A DNA stretch of 40,699 nucleotides from Acidimicrobiia bacterium (GTDB lineage Bacteria; Actinomycetota; Acidimicrobiia; Acidimicrobiales; JACDCH01), in contig JACDCH010000056.1 of the NCBI GenBank assembly GCA_013694495.1, positions 1-40,699 of the forward strand, written 5' to 3'. Every line of letters starts with the position of its first letter. Positions within the stretch are counted from its first letter, which is position 1. The notes under the pieces are model-generated. The model ran no database searches. It had not been told where the DNA came from and saw nothing but the letters and a program-made list of their open reading frames with translations. The translations under genes and the position numbers were made by a program. Of this stretch, positions 1 through 8,150 are shown piece after piece.

Positions 1-123
1 AACGCCATCCTGGGTTGGTGGTGGGCCGACCCGCTCGCCGGTGTCGGCATTGCCGGCCTCGCCCTCCTCGAGGCGCGCCGCACCTGGACCGCCGAGTCCT
101 TGGCCGACACGTGCTGCGCATGA
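1..123 (+). CDS. 3' end of a cation-diffusion-facilitator-like efflux protein (partial at window edge)
   Basis: Frame 1 reads NAILGWWWADPLAGVGIAGLALLEARRTW...TCCA, then TGA at 121-123. GWxWADP followed by a hydrophobic helix is the late-TM motif of CDF transporters. Only 40 codons are visible. Confidence 0.45.
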   Translation, partial: NAILGWWWADPLAGVGIAGLALLEARRTWTAESLADTCCA

Positions 124-1169
124 GCAGCATGTCGGCTGCCGCCCCGCGTGGCATGACCCGGTGCGCGGCGGCTGCGGTCCTGTTCGGGGCGACCACCCCG
201 CTCGCGTCGCGTATGGCTGACGACACCACCGCCCCGGTGCTGGCTGGGCTCCTCTACATCGGTGCCGCCGTCGCGGTCGTGCCCTTCGCCCGACGCCAGT
301 CCGTCGACCCGGCCGCGTTCCGGCGGGGCGGTCGACGCCTCGCCGTGGCCGTGGTCGCAGGAGGGTTCCTCGGGCCGCTCCTGTTGACCGCCGGGCTGGC
401 TCGCACCCCGGCGGCCACGGCGTCGCTCCTGTTGAACCTCGAGCTCGTCGCCACCACGATCCTGGCGGCGCTGCTCTTCCACGAGCACATCGGACGGCGG
501 GTGGCGACCGGCACCGTCGCGGTCGCAGGCGCAGGAGTCGTGCTCGTGTGGAGCGGGGCCCCCGAACCGCGTCTCGGGGCGCTGCTCATCGCCGGGGCGT
601 GCGTCTGCTGGGGGCTCGACAACTGCGTGACCGCCGATCTCGACCAGATCTCACCCGAGCACATCACCGTCGCCAAAGGGGTGATCGCCGGAAGCACCAA
701 CCTCGCCCTCGGCGTCGCCCTCGGCGCGGCGATGCCCTCGATCGGCCTTGTCCTCGGTGCGCTTGCCGTCGGCGCCCTCGGCTACGGGGCGTCAATCACC
801 CTCTGGGTCGCAGGTGCCCGGGACATCGGCGCCGCCCGGGGCCAGTTGCTCTTCGCCTCCGCCCCCTTCCTCGGCGTCCTGGTCGCCTGGGTCGCCCTCG
901 GCGACCAGGTCCGCACCGCCGAGGTCGCGGCGCTGGCCCTCGCCGCGTTCGGAGTGTCGAGAGTCGTCGGCTCCCACCACCTCCACGACCACCACCACCA
1001 GGCGACGGACCACGACCACGAACACGTGCACGACGACGGCCACCACGTCCACGCGCACCCCGACCTCGACCAACGCGTCCGGCACAGCCACGGGCACCGC
1101 CACGCACCGACCCGGCACGCGCACCCCCACGTCCCTGACCTCCACCACCGCCACGTCCACGCCGACTGA
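120..1169 (+). CDS. EamA/DMT-superfamily transporter with a histidine-rich C-terminal tail
   Basis: ATG at 120 overlaps the upstream TGA (ATGA). The body is about 280 aa of repeated hydrophobic helices with Gly/Ala-rich EamA-type composition. The last ~65 aa (nt ~972-1166) contain about 25 His. GC3 is high throughout. Confidence 0.8.
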   Translation: MSSMSAAAPRGMTRCAAAAVLFGATTPLASRMADDTTAPVLAGLLYIGAAVAVVPFARRQSVDPAAFRRGGRRLAVAVVAGGFLGPLLLTAGLARTPAATASLLLNLELVATTILAALLFHEHIGRRVATGTVAVAGAGVVLVWSGAPEPRLGALLIAGACVCWGLDNCVTADLDQISPEHITVAKGVIAGSTNLALGVALGAAMPSIGLVLGALAVGALGYGASITLWVAGARDIGAARGQLLFASAPFLGVLVAWVALGDQVRTAEVAALALAAFGVSRVVGSHHLHDHHHQATDHDHEHVHDDGHHVHAHPDLDQRVRHSHGHRHAPTRHAHPHVPDLHHRHVHAD

Positions 1170-1360
1170 GTTCTTCGCCGTCACTCGCTTCGCTCCGTTG
1201 TTCCGCCGCACGTCCTGAGCCGGCAGCGACCGGCATGGCCCTCGCGTGCGTCGATGTCAGGCGCGAAGACGCTCGCTCTTCTTTGCCATCGCAGCGCTCG
1301 CCGAATCGGAGGTGCCTGGCTGAGGGGGTCCCGTGCGCCTCATCGCCAGGCAGCATAGGG

Positions 1361-1397
1361 TTGACACGCTACATGCATTCATAACAAGAATAGTGCC
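1361..1397 (+). promoter_or_regulatory. Putative promoter of the TetR gene in a locally AT-rich island; possibly a leaderless transcript
   Basis: TTGACA at 1361-1366 and AAGAAT at 1386-1391, 6 nt before the ATG at 1398. There is no SD sequence. The spacing is 19 nt, longer than ideal. An ATGCAT palindrome lies inside. Confidence 0.3.
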
Positions 1398-2003
1398 ATG
1401 AAGAACGGAGGTCGCCGGAGCTACTCGAGCCCGTTGCGGGCGGAGCAGGCGGCGGCGACTCGTGACCGGATCGTCGACGCCACCGTGGCGTTGCTGCAGG
1501 GCGCGGACCCTGGGTCGTTCGGGATGCAGGATGTCGCCGACCAGGCCGGCGTCTCCCTGCGGACCGTCTACCGCGTGTTCCCCACCAAGGACGACCTCCT
1601 CGACGGCGTGCTCGCAGCGATCAAGGAGCGCTTCGACCAGATCGCGGGCACCCCTCCGACGACCCGTGAGGAGTTCGACGCCTCGGTCGCCGGCGCGGTG
1701 CGGGCCGTCTACGAGCTCGAACCGCTCTATCGAGCGCTGTTCGCGACGATCGCTGGGCGCGAGACCCACCAACGGGGAGCGGGCGAGCGCCAAGCGACCT
1801 TCGAAGCCGCCTTCGCCGACGACCTCGCCGGGCTCCCGCCGGAGCAGGTCCAGATGGTGGTGTCCCTGCTGCACCTGTTGACGTCGTCGCGGTCGGTGCT
1901 CTGGCTGAAGGACTACGCCGGGCTGGACGCAGATCGGGCCAGCGCCGCGATCGGATGGGCGGTGGCGGCCCTCGCCACCGCGGCACGGGAGGGGGAACGA
2001 TGA
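1398..2003 (+). CDS. TetR/AcrR-family transcriptional regulator
   Basis: N-terminal HTH signature RDRIVDATVALLQG...FGMQDVADQAGVSLRTVYRVFPTKDDLL. Length 201 aa. Confidence 0.9.
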   Translation: MKNGGRRSYSSPLRAEQAAATRDRIVDATVALLQGADPGSFGMQDVADQAGVSLRTVYRVFPTKDDLLDGVLAAIKERFDQIAGTPPTTREEFDASVAGAVRAVYELEPLYRALFATIAGRETHQRGAGERQATFEAAFADDLAGLPPEQVQMVVSLLHLLTSSRSVLWLKDYAGLDADRASAAIGWAVAALATAAREGER

Positions 2004-3649
2004 CGATCGAGTGGCGGGCACCGGCGGGCGGGCTCTGGGAGCTCGAGACCCTGCACGTGAAGGGCGGCCAGCCACGGCTCTTCCAACACCGGGCGCCGCG
2101 GGCGTTCCGCGAGGGCTTCGCCGCCGCGGCGATCCGCTACGGCCTGCCCATCGACCACCTCGAGATCCGTTTCGTCAACGACCACTGCTACGCCCGCATG
2201 CGGGCGGTGGGCGCCCCCGAGCCGAAGCCTGGCAAGGCGAGCAGCCCGCCTCCAGCGCTCGTGCTCAGGGTGCTCACCCGCGTGCATCCCAAGCTGCGGC
2301 GCCGGAACCGGGCGGCGCAGCGGGCCATCGAGCAGAAGCTCTGGCACGAGGACCGCCGAAGGTGGGAGGAGCAGGACCGGTCATCGATGCTGGCCACCGG
2401 TCGTGCCCTGCAAGCCGAACCGCTCGGCCAACTCGACGACGATGCCCTGGTCGACCACCTCCGCCGGGCCGCCGATCACCTCGAGCGGGGCATCGGCATG
2501 CACCTCGGCCTCATCCCGGTCCACAACCTCCCCGTCGGCCGCCTCGTCCAGGCCTCCCGAACCTGGGGCATCGCCGATGACGAGACCTTCGCACTCCTTG
2601 CCGGGAGCTCACCGGCGTCCACCGCATCCGCCGGGGGACTCGCCGCAATCGCCCGGGCCTGCGCCGAAGCCGGCGTTGACCCCGGGTCGCTCGACGACGT
2701 CCGCGGCGCCGGCCCGGCCGCCGCCGGTGCTCTGGACGCGTACCTCGCCGACCACGCATGGCGGGCGGTCACGCAGTACTCCCCACGCGGCCTCACGCTG
2801 ATCGAGCAACCCGACCTCCTGGTGCAGGCGATCCGCTCGGCCTCGACCGAGGCGGCGCTCCCCGCGGCCCCCGACATCGACGCGGTGCGGTCCCGCGTCC
2901 CCGCCACCGACCGTGCCCGCTTCGACGACCTCCTCGACGACGCCCGCCGCTGCTACGGCACCCGAGACGACAACGTCGCGCTCACCTTCATCTGGCCGGC
3001 CGGACTCACCCGACGGGCCCTACTCGAGTGCGGCGGACGGCTCGCCGACCGGGGCCTGCTCGGCGACGCCCGCCACGTCTTCGCCCTCGGCGCTGCACGG
3101 CGACACCGCCCTCGCTGCGGTGGCGGCCGACCGGACCGTACAGCTCGACGCGGCCGACGCCGACGGCGCCCCGGCCCACCTGGGCGACGCGGAGGGCCCC
3201 GCCCGACCCCGGCCTGTTCCCGGCACCGATGGCCGAGCTGGTCGGAGCCATTCTGCTCGAGTTCGAGCTCGAAGCGGCGATGGAGGGCGAGCAGCGCGCT
3301 GCCACCCTGGTCCGGCGAGGACGTCGGCATCGGCACCGTCCCCTATACCGGGCGGGCCTGCGTCGCCGCCGACGCCGAGGAGGCGCTCCGACGGCTCCGG
3401 GAGGGCGACGTCCTCGTCACCACCCTCACGACGCCATCGTTCGAGGCGGTCATGCCCATCGCCGGAGCCGTCGTCACAGAGGTCGGCGGGCTGATGAGTC
3501 ACACCGCCATCTGCTGCCGCGAGTACGGCATCCCGGCGGTGGTGCACGTCGCCGGGGCCACCGCCCACATCCCCGACGGTGTACCGGTCACCGTCGATCC
3601 CTCGACGGGCCGCGTGCTCGTCGGGTCCGCCATTCCCTGCATCACCTGA
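2000..3649 (+). CDS. PEP-utilizing-enzyme mobile-domain protein (uncharacterised N-terminal domain plus C-terminal swivelling His domain); internal frame anomaly
   Basis: The ATG at 2000 overlaps the TetR stop (ATGA). The C-terminus GIGTVPYTGRACV...GDVLVTTLTTPSFEAVMPIAGAVVTEVGGLMSHTAICCREYGIPAVV is the PEP-utilizer mobile domain. Nt ~3090-3313 read as Arg/Pro-rich junk in this frame, while the GC3 signal moves to the other two frames. Confidence 0.75.
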   Translation: MTIEWRAPAGGLWELETLHVKGGQPRLFQHRAPRAFREGFAAAAIRYGLPIDHLEIRFVNDHCYARMRAVGAPEPKPGKASSPPPALVLRVLTRVHPKLRRRNRAAQRAIEQKLWHEDRRRWEEQDRSSMLATGRALQAEPLGQLDDDALVDHLRRAADHLERGIGMHLGLIPVHNLPVGRLVQASRTWGIADDETFALLAGSSPASTASAGGLAAIARACAEAGVDPGSLDDVRGAGPAAAGALDAYLADHAWRAVTQYSPRGLTLIEQPDLLVQAIRSASTEAALPAAPDIDAVRSRVPATDRARFDDLLDDARRCYGTRDDNVALTFIWPAGLTRRALLECGGRLADRGLLGDARHVFALGAARRHRPRCGGGRPDRTARRGRRRRRPGPPGRRGGPRPTPACSRHRWPSWSEPFCSSSSSKRRWRASSALPPWSGEDVGIGTVPYTGRACVAADAEEALRRLREGDVLVTTLTTPSFEAVMPIAGAVVTEVGGLMSHTAICCREYGIPAVVHVAGATAHIPDGVPVTVDPSTGRVLVGSAIPCIT

Positions 3650-3879
3650 GGAGCACGTCCATGCACCGAACTCGAGCCTGCTTCGTCGCGCCTGTGGCGG
3701 TCGCGAGCGCGCCGCGACCCGACCGCCATGTCGGCCTGCGCTGCTCGCTGACACGCCATACGCGGTCGATCAGACCGGTCGCATCGTCGCTGCTGTTGGC
3801 CCTGTGCCTGTCCCCTTCGCCACGTTGCGGCTGGCCCAGCACGGCTGGGGCATCGCAGAGCGACCGACCCGAGCATCGG

Positions 3880-3965
3880 CTTCGACACGGATGCAGGCGT
3901 CGGAGGCGAAGCGGGAGGTCAACCAGTCGATCGATCCGTCCCGGCCCTCGACGCCGGCACGGGCC
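3880..3965 (-). pseudogene. Possible orphan N-terminal fragment of a GH15 (glucoamylase/trehalase-like) gene
   Basis: The minus frame reads GRDGSIDWLTSRFASDAC, resembling the GH15 N-terminal block dGsidWLc.PRFDS.a.F. Nothing else of the family is present and there is no credible start. Confidence 0.3.
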
Positions 3966-3967
3966 CT

Positions 3968-4441
3968 ATGTTGGTGGCCGTGAAGGTGCTGGTCGCGCTC
4001 GACGAATCGGCGGTGTCGATCCACGCGGCCCGTGAGGCCGTGCGGCTCTTCGCATCGTCCGACGCGGAGTTCCTCGTGATCAACGTCGCTCGCAGTCCGA
4101 CCCCGTGGATCTACCCGGCCGGGTACGGCGTCGCCGCCGCCATGCCACCGCTCGACCTACAACAGCTCGCTGAGCCGTCGGAATCCGACGTCGCCGCCAC
4201 CGCGGCGAGGGCGGGCATCGACGATGCCGAGGTGCTCACCGACGTCGGGGACCCCGTCGCCTGCATCTGCGCGGCCGCCGAGGACCACGATGTCGATGTC
4301 GTCGTCGTGGGCTCCCATGACCGCGGCGTGCTGTCGAGGCTGCTCGACCCGTCGGTCGCAGCTGGGGTCGTGAAGGGCACGTACCGCCCGGTCCTCGTCG
4401 TCAGCGGCACGCCGCCCGAACCGACCGGCGCCGCAGGGTAG
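3968..4441 (+). CDS. Universal stress protein (UspA family)
   Basis: KVLVALDES....A...A block, then DVVVVGSHDRGVLSRLLDPSVAAGVVKGTYRPVLVV, the typical USP C-terminal ATP-binding motif. Confidence 0.85.
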   Translation: MLVAVKVLVALDESAVSIHAAREAVRLFASSDAEFLVINVARSPTPWIYPAGYGVAAAMPPLDLQQLAEPSESDVAATAARAGIDDAEVLTDVGDPVACICAAAEDHDVDVVVVGSHDRGVLSRLLDPSVAAGVVKGTYRPVLVVSGTPPEPTGAAG

Positions 4442-4485
4442 CCACCAGCGCACCCCTCACGGCCCCGATCGGGGGATGGCGATGA

Positions 4486-5145
4486 TCACGGCCGGTCTGG
4501 CGGGGCTTGAGAGTCGAGGCTGGCGAGGTCGAGGCGGGCGGCGACCCGGGGCCAGTCGATGATGGCCCAGATGGTGTCGAAGAACGCGCCCTTGTCGTTC
4601 TCGTACTGCAGGTAGTAGGCGTGCTCCCAGGCGTCGATGGCGAGGATCGGCACCGTGCCTTGGCCGTGGTTGCCCTGATGGTCGTAGGTCTGCTCGATGA
4701 CGACGCGGCGGCCCGTCGGTTCCCACGACGCCAGAGCCCACCCCGAGCCCTGGATGGTGCTGGCCGCTTCGATCATGTGGGTCTTGAAGGGCGCGAAGCC
4801 TCCGAAGTTGGCATCGAGCTGCTCAGCGACCCAACCGGTCGGTTCGCCGCCGCCGTCGGGGGAGAGACACTGCCAGAACAGGCTGTGCAGCACGTGGCCG
4901 GACAGGTTGAACGCCAGGTTCTTCTCCAGCATCGAGAGCTGGGTGTAGTCGTTGCCGGTCCGTGCTTCCTGCAAGCGTTCGATCGCTCGGTTGGCGCCGG
5001 CGACGTAGGTGGCGTGGTGCTTCGAGTGGTGGAGCTCCATGATGCGAGACGAGATGTGCGGTTCGAGCGCGCCGTAGTCGTAGCGGAGATCAGGCAACCG
5101 GTAGATCTGGTCGCTGGCATCGCCGGCATCGCTGGTCGTGGTCAT
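4486..5145 (-). CDS. sodA: Fe/Mn-family superoxide dismutase
   Basis: LPDLRYDYGALEPHIS, MELHHSKHH, GHVLHSLFW, QGSGW and DAWEHAYYLQY motifs. Close to mycobacterial SodA by eye. GGGAGA SD before the ATG. Confidence 0.95.
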   Translation of the reverse strand: MTTTSDAGDASDQIYRLPDLRYDYGALEPHISSRIMELHHSKHHATYVAGANRAIERLQEARTGNDYTQLSMLEKNLAFNLSGHVLHSLFWQCLSPDGGGEPTGWVAEQLDANFGGFAPFKTHMIEAASTIQGSGWALASWEPTGRRVVIEQTYDHQGNHGQGTVPILAIDAWEHAYYLQYENDKGAFFDTIWAIIDWPRVAARLDLASLDSQAPPDRP

Positions 5146-5338
5146 GATCGGGTTCTCCCGTCGAGGTGCATCGGTGTGTCGGTCGGTCGTCTGCAGGCGA
5201 TGCCGACGTCGACTCCAAGGGGTGCATGTCGTTGTCGGTGTGGACCCGGATCACGTTCTTGTCGACGTCGCGGTTGGGGATGATGACGGACTCGCCGTCG
5301 TCGGTGGTGAGCCGGGCTTGGTCCACCATCGGCTGCAT
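5090..5338 (-). CDS. Small hypothetical protein upstream of sodA; 3' end ambiguous
   Basis: High GC3 only for the first ~40 codons (MQPMVDQARLTTDDGESVIIPNRDVDKNVIRVHTDNDMHP). The tracked ORF then runs 56 nt into sodA. An alternative frame ends in an ATGA overlap with the sodA start at 5142-5145, so there may be a frameshift at the CCCC run near 5215. Confidence 0.3.
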   Translation of the reverse strand: MQPMVDQARLTTDDGESVIIPNRDVDKNVIRVHTDNDMHPLESTSASPADDRPTHRCTSTGEPDHDHDQRCRRCQRPDLPVA

Positions 5339-5635
5339 TCAGCTGCGGCCCAACCGGCGTCGAGCGGTGCTGAGGGTTTGGTGGCGGTCCGAGGCCCGAG
5401 TCCGCGCCCTGTGCCAGGCCAGCTTGGCGGCCTCCCAGACGATGGCGCCAATGACCAGGGTGATCGCCAACAGCAGCCACTGGGGCATCTCGAAGTCGAA
5501 CCACAACCACTCCACACCGGTCGAATGCCCGTTCTGGACGATCAGCAGCGCCGCCGCTACCGCAGCCATCGCGCCGACGAGCAGACCCCACCGGAACGGT
5601 CGGCGCTTCTCGATCGAACGAAGATCATCGGCCAA
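5339..5635 (-). CDS. LapA/DUF1049-like small membrane protein
   Basis: Two TM helices with LLIVQNGHSTGVEWLWFDFEMPQWLLL, a DUF1049-type pattern. TTG start. The stop abuts the next ATG (TGAATG). Confidence 0.6.
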   Translation of the reverse strand: MADDLRSIEKRRPFRWGLLVGAMAAVAAALLIVQNGHSTGVEWLWFDFEMPQWLLLAITLVIGAIVWEAAKLAWHRARTRASDRHQTLSTARRRLGRS

Positions 5636-5690
5636 TGCTTTGGTCGTCCGTCGGTGGGTTCACCGACGTCTTGCCACCGGTTGTGGTCAT
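5625..5690 (-). CDS. 21-codon upstream ORF with the strongest SD of the locus
   Basis: CCAAGGAGGCAAC precedes the ATG at 5690 (MTTTGGKTSVNPPTDDQSIGR). The stop at 5625-5627 overlaps the TTG-start region of the DUF1049 gene in another frame. Confidence 0.25.
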   Translation of the reverse strand: MTTTGGKTSVNPPTDDQSIGR

Positions 5691-5892
5691 GTTGCCTCCT
5701 TGGTTCCAGCGTCGTCCGGGGATCGATCCAGCGCGCGATGGACTCGTGAGCGGCAGTTCCAGCTGCGGACCGGGCGGGGCGCCCACAGCGTCGAACGCGG
5801 GCCCGCATACCCCATCCCGCGCGGTCCGAGTCTTGGGCCCGCGCTCAAGGCCCGATGCCGTTAGCCAAGCCGGAAACCGAGAGACTGGAGCG

Positions 5893-6846
5893 ATGCGCCT
5901 TCGACTGAGCTCGTTGAAGGAGCGGGTCCGGGCCAGCCTGTTCTTCGTTCCCATGCTGGCGGTGATCGGCGCCATCGCCTTCGGGCTCGTCGCCCTTGGC
6001 CTGGACGGGCACATCGACCCGGCCACCGACCTGCCACTGGGGTTCACGTCGACCGTGGACAGCGCCAGAGTCGTCCTGAGCACGATCGCCGGTGCCACCA
6101 TCACCTTCGCCGGCATCGCCTTCTCGATCTCGCTGCTCACCATCCAGCTCGCATCGAGCCAGTACTCGCCGCGGGTCGTGCACACCCTGTTCCGTGACCC
6201 GTTCAACAAGCGGGTCATGGCCCTGGTCGTCGGAACCTTCACCTACTGCGTCGTCGTGCTGCGCTCCATGCGATCATCGCTCGAGGACGGTGGCGATCCC
6301 AACATCCCGAACCTGTCCGTGGCCATCGCCGTCGTCCTGGGCATCACCACCATCCTCGCCATCGTCGCCTTCATCAATCACAGCGCCCACACGATGGACA
6401 TCAGCGAGATCCTCGAACGGGTCGAACACGACGCCATCGTTCACATCCGCGATGAATGGACGTCGGCCGGCACCGGCGACGGTCGGCACGACCCCGTGCC
6501 CACCGTGGAGGAACCCGTCCACATCGTGCGCTTCGAACGCAGCGGATGGGTCCAACAGGTCGACCTCGACAAGCTCCTGGAGTGCGCACCCGACGACACG
6601 CTGGTGCGCTTGGACACCTTTCCCGGGCGTTACGCCGTGGAAGGAACACCGTTGTGCGCGCTGTCGCTGCCACCCGAGAACCGTGAGCAAACCGAACGCG
6701 GCTTGCGCAACGCCATCGGCCTGGGCGGCACCCGAACGATGCAGCAAGACGTCTCCTACGGCCTGCGCCAGCTGGCCGACGTCGCGCTCAAGGCCCTCTC
6801 ACCCGGCATCAACGACCCGACGACCGCTCAGGACGCGATCTTCCAG
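5893..6846 (+). pseudogene. DUF2254-family membrane protein, apparently 3'-truncated
   Basis: GGAG SD plus ATG at 5893. N-terminal TM helices, then the conserved run TMQQDVSYGLRQLADVALKALSPGINDPTTAQDAI. The family-like sequence stops at ~6846 with no stop codon. The open frame continues to 7194 only as the antisense of the hemerythrin gene. Confidence 0.6.
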
Positions 6847-6869
6847 GTGACCCCGCCGTCGGGGTCACC
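6846..6869. terminator. Perfect 10-bp stem / 4-nt loop hairpin between convergent genes
   Basis: GGTGACCCCG CCGT CGGGGTCACC. It sits exactly where the DUF2254 homology ends and 25 nt from the hemerythrin gene stop. Confidence 0.5.
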
Positions 6870-6893
6870 CTGGTGCCGCGCCCGCTGGTCGGT

Positions 6894-7610
6894 TCACGCG
6901 AGGCCGAGGCGTGACGCCAGCGCGGCGACGTCGGCGGGGGAGAGGAGAGAGCCGACCAGGCGCCACACGCCGTCGAAGACCTCGGCAGGAGCGCCGGCCT
7001 GCAGGCCACCGAGGAGCTCGGTGCGGTCGTCGATGTTCATGGCGGGGATCATGAGGGCGAGGGACTGGCCCATCTCGGCCGGCGGGATCGAGCCGATGAT
7101 CTGCCGGTGCACGCCGACGACCGCCTCGACACCGATGGCCGCTTCGAGGCCGGGCATGATGACGCGCTCCTCGAGGTCCTGGTGGGCGAGGTAGCTGCTG
7201 GTGAAGGAGGCGAGGTCGAGGTGGAGGAGGTGCAGGAGCCGCCGCTCGTCGCCGGCCGGCGCGTCGGCCGCCTCGGCGGCGAGGAGGACCAGCCCTTGGG
7301 CGCGCCCCTCGAAGCTCAGGTGGTCGACCGCGACCTGGTCGCGCACGTCCGGCAGGTGAATCTCGAGCAGTGGTTGGATGGCGGCGTCCTCGTGCTCGGC
7401 GTGCGACTCGAGCATCCGCTCGACGTCGGCGACGTGCGCGGCGAGGGCGCAGCGGCCGCCCCGGTCGGACGGGTCGGTGGCGGCCGCGGTGGTCACGAGG
7501 GCGAACAGCTCGGCTCGAATGGCCTTGTGGATGTCCTTGTAGAGGTCGAAGGTGACCAGCTCGAAGCGGGCAGGGGCGGTGGTGATCTCGGTGATCGTCA
7601 TGGAGAGCAT
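6894..7610 (-). CDS. Hemerythrin (HHE cation-binding) domain protein
   Basis: DIHKAIRAEL, ESHAEHEDAAIQPLL, VDHLSFEG and AHQDLEERVIMP give the H / HxxxE / H / HxxxD-like ligand pattern in two helical halves. The start is 7610 or 7601 (both ATG). Confidence 0.75.
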   Translation of the reverse strand: MLSMTITEITTAPARFELVTFDLYKDIHKAIRAELFALVTTAAATDPSDRGGRCALAAHVADVERMLESHAEHEDAAIQPLLEIHLPDVRDQVAVDHLSFEGRAQGLVLLAAEAADAPAGDERRLLHLLHLDLASFTSSYLAHQDLEERVIMPGLEAAIGVEAVVGVHRQIIGSIPPAEMGQSLALMIPAMNIDDRTELLGGLQAGAPAEVFDGVWRLVGSLLSPADVAALASRLGLA

Positions 7611-7615
7611 CGTGA

Positions 7616-7632
7616 GGGTCCGCCACGGACCC
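7616..7632. promoter_or_regulatory. Inverted repeat in the divergent hemerythrin / split-barrel promoter region
   Basis: GGGTCCG CCA CGGACCC lies within the 66-nt intergenic region. An AT-rich TAAATA at 7661-7666 lies 10 nt before the GTG at 7677. Confidence 0.25.
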
Positions 7633-7676
7633 CGCTCCTGAAAGGGCGCTGAGCGAATGCTAAATACCTGCTGAAC

Positions 7677-8150
7677 GTGCTCGACGACGACACCCGCGCC
7701 CTGCTCGAAGCCGGCAGCTCGACGATCGTCGGGCTCGTCGACCGCGCCGGCGAACCCTTCGCCACCCGGGGATGGGGGAGCGTCGTGCTCGACGGAGAGC
7801 CGCTGCGCCTGCGGGTCCTGGTGGGCGCCGGGGCCTTCGCCGCCGCCGGGTACCACCCCGGCGCAGAGGCGCGCTTCGCCGTCGCGGTCACCGGGGCCGA
7901 GGTGCGCACGCTGGTGTCGGTGCAGGTGAAGGGGACGGCCGTCGCGCTGGACGAGGCCGACGACGACGACCGGCGCCGGACCGCCTCGTTCTGTGAGGAC
8001 TTCTTCGGCGCCGTGAAGGCGACCGACAACATCGACCGGGCGCTGATGGAGCGCCTCGTGCCGGCCGATCTCTGGGCCTGCACGATCGAGGTCGACGAGG
8101 TCTTCGACCAGACCCCGGGCCCCCGGGCCGGATCTCGGCTCGACCGGTGA
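7677..8150 (+). CDS. Pyridoxamine-5'-phosphate-oxidase-like (FMN-binding split barrel) protein
   Basis: TRALLEAGSSTIVGLVDRAGEPFATRGWG... is the typical N-terminal strand pattern of the PNPOx-like superfamily. GTG start. 157 aa. Confidence 0.7.
   Translation: MLDDDTRALLEAGSSTIVGLVDRAGEPFATRGWGSVVLDGEPLRLRVLVGAGAFAAAGYHPGAEARFAVAVTGAEVRTLVSVQVKGTAVALDEADDDDRRRTASFCEDFFGAVKATDNIDRALMERLVPADLWACTIEVDEVFDQTPGPRAGSRLDR

Noticed and set aside
972-1166. The His-rich stretch as a non-coding low-complexity or repeat region.
   Set aside because: It is in frame with and continuous with the EamA body, keeps CAC/GAC codon usage with high GC3, and ends in a normal stop. It is coding.
2000-3649. Calling the PEP-utilizer a rifampicin phosphotransferase or PEP synthase.
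   Set aside because: Only the swivelling His domain is recognisable. I see no ATP-grasp motifs in the N-terminal part, so a specific enzymatic name is not supported.
4463-4474. CCCCGATCGGGG palindrome as a bidirectional terminator between USP and sodA.
   Set aside because: It would form only a 4-bp stem with a 4-nt loop, which is too weak to call.
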